Source: Oikopleura dioica (Eukaryota > Animalia > Chordata). Taken from it: a stretch of DNA of 64,000 bases. The DNA is taken from assembly GCA_907165135.1 (NCBI GenBank), contig OU015569.1, positions 62,001 through 126,000 of the forward strand, in the 5' to 3' direction. Position 1 is the first letter of the stretch; every line of letters starts with the position of its first letter. Below the pieces are notes generated by a model. That model was not told the DNA's origin and searched no databases. It saw only the letters and a program-made list of their open reading frames with translations. Positions 46,911 to 63,097 of this stretch are shown here, piece after piece. The translations under genes and the position numbers were made by a program.

Positions 46911-48196
46911 TCAACTCTTTATTAGAGGCTCATATTTGAATAACCGCATCATTTCTGAACAGACGTCTTCAATTTTTCTCATCAGTGAAATGTCCTCCTC
47001 GTTTAAATTATTTCGCCAGGCGTTGACAGTTTTTGTAGCGTTCCTTACAGTGCCGTAAGCGTCGTTGTTGTGGCTCGAGTGGGTTAGTTGGACCATGATT
47101 TTCTTGGCACTTTTTCGAGCATGAAAGGTTGAAATTGAGTTAGAAATGATCATTTTAATAAATTTTCGAGCTCTTTTCCTTGATGACTGCGCAAAACCAG
47201 TAAAGTCGTAAATTCTGGTCGCTTCTCTGACTGGATCGAGGGCCAATTCTTCGTATTTCACAAACGTCGTTTTTTCCCCGAACCAGGGATCCTCCTCCAC
47301 CATCTTTTTCTGCTTTACTTTGTACTCGCAGTAGTTTTTCATGTTTTCCAAGCTGACTCCCGCCACTTCTGCGAGCTGCCTTCTCGAATGGACAACAGCT
47401 CGCGGGTCTCGGACGTTAATGACGATTCGCGGCTCAAGCTGATTTTCCAAAAAGCCGGTTTTGAACTTCTCCATGTCTTTGGTCCTCACAGTCTTGATTA
47501 CCGGAGTATTGCGTTTGCAAACCTCCCGCGCCAACGAAACATCTACTTTTTGACATTTCATGCATTTGAAAACGTCGTTCGAAAAATCCGCCCCGCAAAA
47601 GGGCGGCTTGCAGAGACGAGCAGTTTTGTGCGAAAAGACGAAATCGCGGTGTTTACTCCAGTTCACTTCGTTGTTTTCGATCTTGGACTCGCTCAGGCTC
47701 ACGAACTCGCAGCGAAAGTACTCCATCAGCCAGTTGACCTTCAAGTTCCGAGCATGGTGATTTTTGTCCTTCTTGAGTTGTAGTTACCTGTGTTGTTGGA
47801 TCCCACAAAACAGCGTGGTCAGGTTCGAACATGTAAAACGCGTCTTCGTGTCTGCTGAAAATCTCGCCCTAGAAAATTATGCCTTTTAAAATGGGTTCAA
47901 ATGAAAACGCGGCTTTTCATTTGAGATCTTTCAGACCCTGACTCAGGTCTTCTACACAGGCTGCTTACCAATAAAGTAGACCCAGTCCGATAATCCGTCA
48001 ATAGCAAAACGACTTTCTCTTTTAAATTCTTCTCATCTACTATTATTCTGCTTGTTTTTCTTGCTGGGTTGAAATTTTCAAAATCAAGTCGAAGTTGAAT
48101 GTTTCTCGTGAGTTGGACGAGCCCATGCAAAATCCACACTCCGACAACAACGAGAAAAACTTTGCTTAAAAATGCGGGCAGATTCTTTTGTGGCAT
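46911..48196 (-). CDS. Carbohydrate (Gal/GlcNAc-6-O) sulfotransferase, CHST-like
   Basis: Type II anchor; 5'-PSB-like VLLLTDYRTGSTLL, VIKTVR, INVRDPRAVVHSR and VKYEELALDP. Confidence 0.85.
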
Positions 48197-48636
48197 TCTA
48201 TTTTCACTGAACTTGTTGAAGCAAAAGAGGACTCTTCTTATCAGTTTTGTGAAGTTGAGACTCTTCTCTTTGCCAAGTTTCAAAAAAGTGACTCAGCAAG
48301 GAAGATAGCAAAATAAACATAAAGCCAAAACCAGCCCCAGAAACAAATTTGGCTAACCTTTTCAAAATTCACTGCTCCGCGGTTTTTATTTCTCAATTAA
48401 GATTTCTCAAACTTTGAAACTTTGAATTGACAAGTCTCTATTTAGCTTTCTTTCTTTGTCTCTTGTTTAACTTTCCGACAATCTTACAAGTCAGGATCCG
48501 TGAAAGAGAGATTTTGCTAATTTTGAGTTTTCAATTTGAGTTTTCAATAAAAAATTCTAGTGCGAAAATCATTTATTGAATTTTTAATTGAACAGCTCCG
48601 AAAGTTCGTTTTTCTTCATGGTTCTTCACTTTTTCG

Positions 48637-49798
48637 CTAGGCATTGAATTTGGGTTCGTTTGAGAGCCGCCAGGAGATGAAAATCAGTGAGATCTGCAAA
48701 ACGGCTAACCCGACAGCAGCTCCGGCGATGATGGCGATGTTGCTCGTCAAAAACGACTCCACCTTTTCAAAAGAGAAGTTAGAAGAAGGTTTATTTTGAG
48801 TTGGAAAACCGAGTTTTTGCATCCAATAGTTTGGATATCGTCTTCGATATTTTCCGCCGAGTAAATTAACCCGCAGCCGAATTCATTTACGTCGCAGCAA
48901 GAGTCTTTTTCTCAGATTTTTAACTCGAATTATTTGTGGCCAAAAATTGGTCAGATCTTCAGATTTTTCGAATCAAAAAATCTTTCCTGGGACTAAAATC
49001 TGGGCTCGGCAACCTGTCTAGAAAACCTGAGTCAGGGTCTGAAAAATCTTCAATGATGGATTTTCAGACCCTGACTCAGGTTTTCCACACAGGTTGTCGA
49101 GCCCGGCCTGGAATCGCTGTCAGATTGTAGCTCTGTGTCGACAGCCACAACTGCATGTCTTCTACGTACTGCGGAAAGCCGGAAGAAGTGGCATTATTCC
49201 AATCGGTGTAATTGTTGAACCCGCAGCAATTGAACTCTTCTTGCAAAACCTGCCACGCGACGGCGGTCGGATTTCTCTCTTCAAAACACTTTAATTCCTA
49301 ACTCATATTTTTCCAAAAACCTAAAGACCAAGAACCATCGTCCGAAAGAACTTCGATTTCCCAGTCTTCATTTATTGAGTCCAAAGCTTCGTCGTTGAGG
49401 ATTTTCGTGATGTTGTCTTTTTTGACGTACGCGGCGATGCCACAAGACAGCTCCAGAATTACAAGTAGGATCTTAAAAACAGAATCAAAATTGGACAATT
49501 CTTCAATGCCCGCTTACAAGAATGATACTGTAGAATCGTTGAAAGAACTTGGCACACCCTCCGTCAGAATTAAGTGAGAGCAATCCAATCAACGAAATGA
49601 GCGAAACAAACGCCCCAATGACAATGATCGCGATTGGAATTGCATCGTAACTGTCAGTTGTCAAATCGGTAAAGTCGGAAAACTTCGACAAAAGATCCCT
49701 CCGAAAACGGCGACGGTGATTCCAGCAGCGAGAAAAATGAAGTTGGAAAAGCCAGCGAGGATTTTCAAAAAAACAAAGCAGCAGTCGCCTGCTCCCAT
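48637..49798 (-). CDS. Tetraspanin
   Basis: Four hydrophobic segments, CCG motif (FNCCGFNNYTDW), PDSCC and GC before TM4. There is an apparent 1-nt frameshift at a T4 run (49690-49693). Confidence 0.88.
49000..49106. mobile_element. Family A MITE copy at the 5' splice site of a tetraspanin intron
   Basis: Full ctgggctcggcaacc...ggttgtcgagcccgg copy. On the minus strand it begins one base after the exon end. Confidence 0.88.
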
Positions 49799-50318
49799 GA
49801 TTTTCTCTCTTTTTTGAAAAACACGGAAGTTTTTTCAGAAGTGAGAAGTTTATTCTTCGCAAAATAAAAAAACGCATATTTTTTACAGCGAAAAGGAGAA
49901 TACACAAACGAGGGTGATCAGAAGAGACAGTGTTGCTTTTGAAGTTGAGGAATTGGCGTAATCATAATTGGAAACTAATCTTTTCGGGGCTCGATTTATC
50001 GAAATTTTTCAATAAAAAAATTTTTCGTTTTTAGTGAGCCCTGAACTACAAGCTACAGCTTCTTTCTTTTCGTTTTCACTTTCACCTCCTTCGTCTTTGT
50101 TTATTTCCTTTTGGAGGATGGCGAATGCGAGTTACTAACGAATAGGGCATTATAAAGTGCGCGGCGCTCGATAACTCGTTGCTAGAAAAAGCTCAAGAAA
50201 CCCTTATCGCTTCGTTAGTTACCCTTATCGCCTTGGATCGCGCCGCTTCTTCAAGGTCGAGCCGAGCACGCCGTCCGCACATTACCAGAATTATAACGCT
50301 CAAACAGGGATAAAAGGA

Positions 50319-51510
50319 TTAAAAAATGACGAACAAACAACAACGAAAACGACAAAGATTGAGAGGATTAAATTTGATCCCTTCGCAATAGCAGAGCATA
50401 AAAGTCGCGCACCCTGCCTGTAACACGCCAGAATTGCCCGCGGTGAGTGAAAGACCCGCTGGAGACGAAGACACTGCTTCTTCCAGGTAGTCCTCGTTGT
50501 CTCCGTATTCACGAGTGCTGGTCGTTGATTGGACCGTGCTGGTCGGAACAGCGCCCTCTCCCGATGCTCCCGCATTTTCTGCAGTCGTGTCTCGCGTCGA
50601 TCGCTGGGCCAGGTCTTCGATCAGTTTTTCGTCCAAATTCGTCTTTACCTCCTTATTTTTCGATTGATTCAAATGAATTTCGGAAAGCAAAACGTACCTT
50701 GTGCATTTTGAGCATCACAGGAGGAGGATCGATTATGATCGGCTTGACGAAGGAGTCGACTTTTGGCTTTTCTACTTCATAAATCATTGAAAATGGATAA
50801 ATTTGCTTTTGTGGTTACCTTCTCGAGAAGCGTTTAATTCCAAAAACTGTGGAGGAAAACGACACTCCGGTTCGACCGGTCTACATTTCCAGCACTGCCC
50901 GTTTTTTCGATTCTCCACGCCATTTATTAAAATTTGCAGCATGTTGTGCTTTTTTGGCTCAAAATTGTTTCAAGAAAATGTTTTGTTGGCCTCGTTCATC
51001 TTCGAAATTGCTTCTTAGGTGCCCTCGTTGATTCTCAGGGCCACGTGTACTTAGAACGATTCGGGAAGGAAAAGAAAGACTTTCTGTTTCTGTTCTGTAC
51101 ACTTGTAGCAATTTAGAGGATGAACAAGGGAACTCTCTATCTTCTCCTTTTTTGAGCCAGAAAATCCTGTAAATCATCAAAAATCTTGGTAAAATTTTTA
51201 AACTCGCTGGTGCTCATTTCGTACAGTCGCTCTTTATCCGTCGCATTGGTCAGTTGCTGCATCCTCTCTACCGATTCCAGCGAGCTCGTCTTCATCGGGC
51301 AGAGACAAGTCGACTCCCAGCAACAATCGCAGCTCGGCGCCAACATCGTCCAAATCGAACTCGACTGTTTGTAAAAATCGCCGCAGGAGCATTTCTGCAG
51401 CTGCTTCGAAAAACGGTACAACTCGGAAATCGACTCTTTGACCTTCTTCTCCCAGTAGCCGAAGCTCTCTACTTCCAAAAAGAACAAGGCGAAAAAAGGT
51501 GTTTTCATTT
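50319..51510 (-). CDS. Uncharacterised Cys-rich, Ser/Thr-rich protein with hydrophobic C-terminus (3' exons)
   Basis: Open blocks QKCSCGDF...SCDCCWESTCLCP and TRDTTAENAG...TSTREY...ATFMLCY. Further exons probably lie at about 51900-52480. No family recognised. Confidence 0.4.
50990..51129. mobile_element. Family B inverted-repeat element
   Basis: cctcgttcatcttcgaaattgct ... agcaatttagaggatgaacaagg; related copies at 52665-52838 and 58607-58716. Confidence 0.75.
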
Positions 51511-51715
51511 GTGTGTGTTTCTTTTTTTCGGGAAATCAAAAATGAGCAGCTGCGAGGAGAGGAAAAAAAAAGACACAGTCGGATTGATGGTGATCGCATA
51601 TTCTAGTATCCCAATACTTAATTTTTAATACATCAGAGCGCGCGGGACCCCACTGCCGCCCGCGAAGTTATTAAATCTATTACAATTCTAATCAAGCCAA
51701 AATCTGAATCACAAG

Positions 51716-51884
51716 CCTGTGTGGAAATCCTGAGTCAGGGTCGCTAAGATTACTTCCTCAATCTTAAGGGTGTCAACAACGATTTCGCCCATTCTGACGT
51801 TTTTAAAAATACCCGCTGAGCGGCTTTTTATTTAAGCTCTTTTAGAACCCTGACTCAGGTTTCTACAAAAGTTGCCGAGCCCAG
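51716..51884. mobile_element. Family A MITE copy carrying a TTAAGGGTGTCAAC end in its spacer
   Basis: Inverted CCTGAGTCAGGG arms; the spacer contains ttaagggtgtcaacaacgat, matching the TIR of the 61910-62030 element. Confidence 0.8.
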
Positions 51885-52575
51885 TCCAGAGATAAAATAA
51901 TAAAAACTTTGTCTTGAAAATTTGAAGAACCTTCTTTTTGTTTGAAAGTCAACTTCTTCTTCAAATACTTGAAACCGAACCAACCTTGTTTTGGTCGATC
52001 TTGCTGTATAAAACTCAGCCTGGGATCTCAAATATTGCTTCAATTATGATTTCGAAGACTTCATAAAAATGAAAAAAGAGCATAAAATGAAAACTCCTTA
52101 TCGATGCGGTTTATTAAGAATTTTAGCTAACCTCTTACTGTTAGACATAATAATTTCAATTTTACATTGTTCTCTTACTCTTCCACAAAATGAATCAAAT
52201 GACCCTGTGCGTATGCTATCCCGAAATAAATTTTTACTTTTGTCCTTATTACTGTTTATTACTCAAGAATAAAATTTACTGGATCAGAATAAGAAAAAAG
52301 GACACGCATGTGGGATGATATTAATTCGTTCAAAATGGATGAATTAAGCTCGAGAAACGTCATTTTTCGAGAGGAAGGCGATTTTGAAAGGATGTTGTCG
52401 ATCAAAACAGCTCGAGTGGTCGATGAATTTCAGATGAAGCGGCCGCTTTTTCAGCATCTTCGACTGCTACAAGTACGAAACACTTGGTAGCCATCATTTT
52501 CCACTTATTGTTTTATTCAAAATAGAGTTAGAAGGAAATGCTCTATTGGATCTATTTTATTAATGGGTAGTGTTT

Positions 52576-52925
52576 TTGAAAACCTGAGTCAGGGACCCTC
52601 AGGGTCTAAAAGATTTTGATGAAAAGCAACGCGGCTTCGTCAGAATCGAAAATGTATGGGTTGGCCTTGTTCATCTTCGAAATTGCTGCTTAGGTACCCT
52701 CGTTGATTCTCAGGGCCACGTAACCTTAGCCCGTGAATGAGCGAATCTGAAAGGAGAAGAAAGCCTTTCTGTTAACTTGCTCCGTGGCATTGAGGACGAA
52801 CAAGGGTACACCTGCAGCAATTTAGAGGGTGAACAAGGGAACTTCTCTATTTTCTTCTTTTTTAAATTGATTAAATTAGTACTTTTGCGGCTTTCAGACC
52901 CTGACTCAGGTTTCTCCAAGGTTGC
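52576..52925. mobile_element. Composite element: family A arms enclosing a family B element (52665-52838)
   Basis: aaaacctgagtcaggg at about 52579 and cagaccctgactcaggtttc at about 52895 bracket a copy with about 50-bp TIRs (ccttgttcatc...gtgaacaagg). Confidence 0.7.
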
Positions 52926-53303
52926 TACTCGAATAAAGAAGAAAAGAATCAACGAAAAAAGAAAGTCATGAATTGCTAATCGGCTTTTTCAGAAGCGACT
53001 CCTCTTGTAAAAACTGTCAAGGACCTGCTGCATTGTGCCTTTTTCTCCTGAAAAAAATCTAAAATAATGACTCTGAGTTGAGATCAAACACGGCCGACGC
53101 TGCTTTTCTTTGTAGAGCAGCTCTATCCCGAGTTTAGCTACAGTTTGAAGTCCTATCGAATTTGCTTAGTTACTCTACTAGAGAGCAAACAGATCTTAAA
53201 GCAGTTTGAAAATTCCTCCGAACTCGCCGCATTAGAGAAATTTACTTCTTCGCTGGAAAAAAGGCCACGGACAGAAAATCAGAAGAACCAGAGAGCAAAA
53301 ATC

Positions 53304-57355
<4,052 letters not shown>

Positions 57356-57930
57356 ACTGACCCTCATTCGAACTTCGTGAATAAAACTTTCCTACTTTTA
57401 AAAAATGCATTTTTCTATCACTGAAATCAAGGAGGACGTCAAAATATTTTTCAACAGATTAATCTTTATTGGTCAGTGGACAAAATTGTGAATAATGAAT
57501 GAAGAAATGGCTGTAGGCTACAGTGAACGAACGGTATATTCTGACATACAGGGTCATAATTGTAAAAAAAAGGCGAGTTGGTTATTAATTATTATCCTAA
57601 AAGAAAAAAGGTCTTTTGAAAAAGGTTTTTTTGAATAATTTTTACAGTTACTAGATTATTTTTTTTAATTGTTTTTTGAGCAAGAAGCCTAAAATTTTTC
57701 AAATTTTTCAAATTTTCAAAAATGTGCAGTTTGGATAATAATTGGGAAAAATTTCAGCTTATTGTTGATGCTGGATTGATGCTTTTAATTGATTACTATT
57801 AATTATTAGAATATAAATTAAATACAATATTGCTTGCTTGAATTTGACGTTCTGTAGGTTTGGTCTTCTGTCGTTCTTCGCCGGAACTCTCGTTCTGTAA
57901 AAGTGGCAGTAAATTCTCCTCAGAGCCGCT

Positions 57931-60402
57931 CTAGAACAGGAACTTGGGATCCCAGTCTTCGGGGTGGAAGCCAAACGACGTGTACTTTTTATACAAGACA
58001 GACTGGATGAACGCGAACAGCTCCATTTCGTAGCGCAGCGAATCCATCGCCAATTCCTGGCGCAAGTGTTGCGACAGCTGCGGCTTTTCTAGCGTTCGAG
58101 TCGAGTTGATGACTTCTTGCACGTCTGAAATCTCGATTTACGAATTGAAAGAAAGGGAAAGTTGCTTTCCCTGAGCGCGGCAACCTGTGTGGAAAACCTG
58201 AGTCAGGGTCTGAAAGAAAGCCGCGAAAGATCCTTCAGACCCTGACTCAGGTTTTCCACACAGGTTGCTGAGCCCAATGTCTTTCGACTTTTACCTTGTT
58301 CTCTAAAGACACCCAAAACGCCGCTAAAAAACTGCGGCAGCGTGTGCTCCAGAAGTCGCAAACTTTCTTCAATTTTCTCCAAAGTCCCAACTAAAAAGAA
58401 TCATCAACAATCAGCATCAAACGATTTCGACAAGAATCGTTACCGATGTAATATTCTTTGAGGAGGCGGATTTTCGCCATTTCCAGCGCTAACCTCTTCT
58501 TTTGATAATTCTGTTGGTTAGCTTTGCATATCTCGTGGTTTCCGCAAATGAACTTTCGGCGGTGATATTTTTTTAATACTTTGCATAAACGAGAAAATAG
58601 GGTGTGCCTTGTTGATTCTCTAAACTTCTGCAAATGCACCCTTGTTCATCCAGAAAGGCTACGTGGCCGAAGGATCAACAAGGGGACATTTGCACGAGTT
58701 TTGAGGCTCATCAAGGCCACCCCGGCCTTTAAAATCATTAAGCACCGTTCCTCGATGTATTCGATATCTGGTGTTTTGCATTCAGGCCGTTTCGCGCGAA
58801 CACACTCCTCCAGCGTCATCTTCAAATCGTGCTCCGACATGTCCTGGCACTCCTTGCCCTTGTAGTCTGGCTTTCTTTCCCAGCCATTCCGACTAATAAA
58901 CTATTTTAGCTTCTTTTCAAATAATTTCTAAAGCAAACCAGAAGTAGTACTCGCTGGCGAACCAGTCGACCGGGTTTCGAACGATGTTGATTACAGTCGG
59001 CGTTTTTAAATGATACCTAAAAAGTGCAAAAATGATCAGCTGAAAATCGAGAAGCCGCCATTTTTGCGGCTTCGAGATCAATAAAAAATTTAACCGCACT
59101 TAGCGTGGCTTTTTCTTCTGTTCGACTCGAAGCCGCAAGCGGCTTTTCGATTTTCAGCTGATCATGAAAACTCATGAAAACTCACTTGGTAAAGTTCATC
59201 CAAAAGTGATGCTTCATAATCGCCATTGGGGGCTTGAAATTGCCACGAATTTTATTCACAAGAACAAGATCCTAAACAAAAGAACATAAAGTCCCGAAGT
59301 TCAAGTTGCCCCTCTCACCTGATCACGTGTTCCAGGCTCGTAGACGTCCATAAATGTGAATTTGTTGACGACGGAGAGTTTGTGCAGCAGCTTTTGGAAC
59401 ATGGTCGAACCGCATTTCGGCATCTTGTTGTGGAAGATGAAGCGTTGATTTACAGGCGGTTCGCTCCAGTCCTTTTTTTCGTTCAGGAAATTTTTTTTAC
59501 AAAAATATGAAAATCCTTTTTATAAGAAAAATTCGGAACGGTTCCTTTTCTTTGAAGAGCGTCTCGGCCGTTTCGACTTTGAAGTCAAACTGCGGCTTGT
59601 TTGGATCTTCCACCGCTACGTATTGTCGCTGCCCGTTGGGAGCCACGGGTGCAGCGCTTTCTGTCGGCTTCTCAGGCTCAGCTGGCGGCTCTTGTGGCTC
59701 CACAGCTGCTGCTGGTTCTGGCGCGACGGGCGCAGCTTCTGAACTCTCTTTTTAATCCCCGACTTTTTCAGGACCCTGACTCAGAAAGAGGCTGTTTAAT
59801 CATCATCGATCAACATTTCAAATGTTACTCGCCTTGCATGATCGGGGCGACTTTCGGAATGTCTGGCGGCTGTGGAATCTCCACGACGGGCTTGGCAGGG
59901 ATGGAAGGCGCGCTAAGAGGCACTTTTGGCTTGTCGAGGCCGTGGAAGCGACCACCGAACACTGGCGGCGTCATCGCTTGCAGCCGCTTCGTGAAGTTCC
60001 AGCCATTGTAGGGCTTGAAGTAGTAGAGGTTGGCGCCGATCAGCAGACTCAGAATCACCACCACGAGCTTCACGTCGTTCCAATCGCGCGAGCTTTTTAC
60101 GATTCACAAAATTATTCTTTCTTTTTAGCCAAAATTATGGTATTGACACCCTTATTTCTTTTGTAAAATTATAATCTAATTCGTATATCTAAAAAATAGA
60201 CCGACTTAGATCATAAATTAAGGGAGTCACTATATTAAAAACAAAAAAAAAATAAACAGTATGAAAAAGTTGAAGAAAAAATCTTGTTTTTTCATTTTAA
60301 AATTAAATTTTTTATTATAAAATTTTAATTGAAATATTTTTTTGAGAACCAATAACTTGAATATCTGAGCGGAACGACTCTGTGTCGTTTTATCCGTCCC
60401 AT
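57931..60402 (-). CDS. Uronyl/heparan-sulfate 2-O-sulfotransferase-like protein
   Basis: Type II anchor, Pro-rich stem, FIFHNKMPKCGST, INIVRNPVDWFASEYY, MTLEECV and FICGNHEIC. The start may lie further upstream. Confidence 0.85.
58175..58276. mobile_element. Family A MITE copy
   Basis: ggcaacctgtgtggaaaacctgagtcagggtctgaa ... ttcagaccctgactcaggttttccacacaggttgc. Confidence 0.88.
58607..58716. mobile_element. Family B inverted-repeat element
   Basis: ccttgttgattctctaaacttctgcaaatgcacccttgttcatcc is mirrored by ggatcaacaaggggacatttgcacgagttttgaggctcatcaagg; inside GA-AG intron 58553-58750. Confidence 0.72.
59032..59165. mobile_element. Family C inverted-repeat element
   Basis: atgatcagctgaaaatcgagaagccgc ... 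gcggcttttcgattttcagctgatcat; fills most of a roughly 170-nt intron. Confidence 0.82.
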
Positions 60403-61279
60403 TTTGGGCTTTTTGCTGATAAGGCCTTCTTTTGCCGGATCGGACTTCAGGTTGTTGGACTCCAGGTTGGGACACGCGCTCCTGTCGACTTCTCTACTGC
60501 GGTGTGCCCATGGAGGGGGCGGACCTTGGGCGCTTGTTGACTCGGAATACGACTTGGGCCGAAAAGGGAGGAAATTGTGCGACGCCGGGAATTGCGTGAA
60601 CGAAACGTGAGTTAGGTTCACAGTCGCCGCCGCGGGGCAGCCCGGCCCAGCCAAACCAGAATCAGTCAAAATCAACCAAAACAACCATTCTTCGATTCTA
60701 GTACTCCTGATCCCTTAATTACCATTGCAGGGAAATGATCCTACTAAAAACAGGAAAACGCCGTTGTTTGTATTTACCAATCAATGTTAAATATTGACAT
60801 GGTTTGGAACTCAGTCATCGGAAAACGGAAAATTGAAAATTGAACATTATTCCTAAAGAATGCTTTTTCCAGTTACTTATGAAACCTGCTGCCCTACAAA
60901 CTGCCAGGTCTGGAACAACCTTTTTTGGGATAGTACTAGAAATGTTTCCGAGAGAATCATGGAAGAGTAAGGTTCGAAATCAAAATAAGGGGGTAGCTAG
61001 GGTTAATTTTATAGTCGGAAAATCGAGGGGCCGCTTGCTGCTTCGAGTCAAAGTCAATTTTAGCCGCGCAAATCGCGGCTTTTTTCTTTTTTTTTCGAGC
61101 GGCTTCTCGGATCTGTGACCTAGCTAAAATAAGGGGGTAGTATTGGGAGGTATTTTACAGTCATAAAATCGACGAAGACGCTTGAAAAAAATGAATAAAG
61201 CCGCGCTTTGCGCGGCTAAAGTTGTCTTTAACTCGAAGCCGCAAGCTGCTTCTCGCTTTATGACTGTAGTAATATTCGA

Positions 61280-63097
61280 CATTGAGAACCTTATAATAGA
61301 GTGGCAAGGGCTAAAAACAAAAGTTGAAGAACGATCATTAAAACTGACGCTGCAAAACGAGCTGTACGAAATGTCCTTTCAGCTGTCAAATGCGACTGAG
61401 AAAATTGAAAATTTGGAAAAAAGTAATTTTGAGAATTTGGAGCAACATCACGAGCAGATGAAATTGGACTTGAAAAATGTGGCTTCTGTTTTTGAAAAAT
61501 TGCTGACAATCAAAGAAAAAGTGCGGAAAGACGTGAGGGAAATTCGCGGCGCGAAAGGAAGAGCTGAAAGGAGTGAAAAGGAGTGCGAAGAGAGCGCTCC
61601 ATGTTCTGGACCTTCAAGACGAATTTGCAAGATTCCGGCGAGAGCGATGAAGTCTTGCGACGAATTGGCGCAGAATGAGAAGATTCCAAAGGACCCGGCT
61701 CGGCAAACTGTGTAGAAAACCTGAGTCAGGGACGGAAAGATCAAAAATGATCCGTCAGACCCTGACTCAGGTTTTCTACACAGGTTGCCGAGCCAAGCCA
61801 AAGGAGGGCTCGCCAATTCTGTTAAAAATTGACGAAAAACTTCCGACAAAGCTTGCTTTTTGCCATTCCGACGGCAGGAAAAAGAGTCATTTAGATTTTA
61901 ATTCATTAAGGGTGTCAACCGATTTTCAGACAAGTTTTGAAAAAAGATTTGGAGTCCTTATGAGCTAAATAAAAAGATATTAATTGGTCGAATCATAAAA
62001 GAGACCCTTATTCGATCGTTGTTGACACCCTTAAGGACCCTCTTACTTCAATAATGACTTGATAAAGATTGGTAATTCAGGTATTTTAATTCACCGAAAA
62101 TTCGAAATTGCAAGAAATCATTCATTTTGAAGAACCGTTTCAGTGGAGGGGGAATGAGCTTTGATCGGACATGGGAAAGAGTCGTCAAAGTTTTTCCAAT
62201 TAAGTTTTATTCTGAATTAAAAAATGGTAATTATTGGGCGACTCGCGCGAATTGACAGAATACGCAAATGGCTTCGGCGCTGGCTTCGATTTTGAAAAGT
62301 GCGAAAAAGGCGAGTTCTGGATCGGAAACACCTTTTTGAACAAATTGACGGAAGGCGGCGTGAAACAACTCGGCGTGAAACTCAAGAGAGAAAATGGCGA
62401 AGTTGCCGCGCTCTCGTATAAAGAAACTTATATATTGAGGCTTTCCAGATTGAAAATAGAGCCCAATTTCGGGCCCCATAAAATGGGGACCCCATATTTT
62501 ACATTTTTCCAGCTGGAAAGCCTTTTTATATCCGACGAAAACGACTTGTTCCGACTAAGACTTGGAAGATCCAAAGTTGAATGTGGCTCTGCTCCGGACT
62601 CTTTGCGGGTACGATCATCTGGGAAATGAGAACAGTTGAATTTATTTAGTTCTTGTTCAGGGAGATTCTTACAGTTCAAATTATAACGCTCGAAACATCG
62701 CAAAAACCAACCACGACGGCATGTTCTTTTCGGCCTGGGACAGCGACAACGACTATTTCTCCGGCAACTGCGCAGGTAATTACTCAGGAACCTGTGCAGA
62801 AACCTGAGTCAGGGTCTGAAATATTATTAATTAAAATTTAAAGATTTTTCATACCCTGACTCAGGATTTCTGCACAGGTTTCCGTACATTTGAAATTCAG
62901 AAATCGAAAAATCTGGCTGGTGGTTCAATCGCTGCTCAGCTGCAAATCTCAACGCGCCGATGTGGAACTCGAGCGAAAACGGCATCTATCCGCCGGACGG
63001 TGTCAACTGGCAGAGCTTCAGCGGGCTTCAGAACCAGAGCTTGATCGAGACAGAATTGTCGCTTCTTCCAACTGGCGCTCATTTTTCTTTCTGTTAA
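61280..63097 (+). CDS. Coiled-coil plus fibrinogen-related domain protein (angiopoietin-like architecture)
   Basis: Coiled coil, then ILKNRFSGGGMSFDRTW, YANGFG, EFWIGN, HDGMFFSAWDSDND...NCA and GWWFNRCSAANLN. The 5' end was not located. Confidence 0.82.
61694..61797. mobile_element. Family A MITE copy with 8-bp TSD CCAAAGGA, inside coding sequence
   Basis: ccaaagga at 61686-61693 and 61798-61805. Confidence 0.92.
61910..62030. mobile_element. TTAA-flanked MITE with GGGTGTCAAC TIRs (Kolobok-like ends)
   Basis: ttaa|gggtgtcaac ... gttgacaccc|ttaa. Confidence 0.7.
62787..62883. mobile_element. Family A MITE copy filling most of intron 62777-62899
   Basis: ggaacctgtgcagaaacctgagtcagggtctgaaa ... 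taccctgactcaggatttctgcacaggtttcc. Confidence 0.82.

Noticed and set aside
57800-57933. Stop-codon readthrough of the 2-O-sulfotransferase (about 40 open codons after TAG)
   Set aside because: The context TAG AGC is not a known readthrough signal, and an open stretch of this length is plausible by chance or through alternative splicing.
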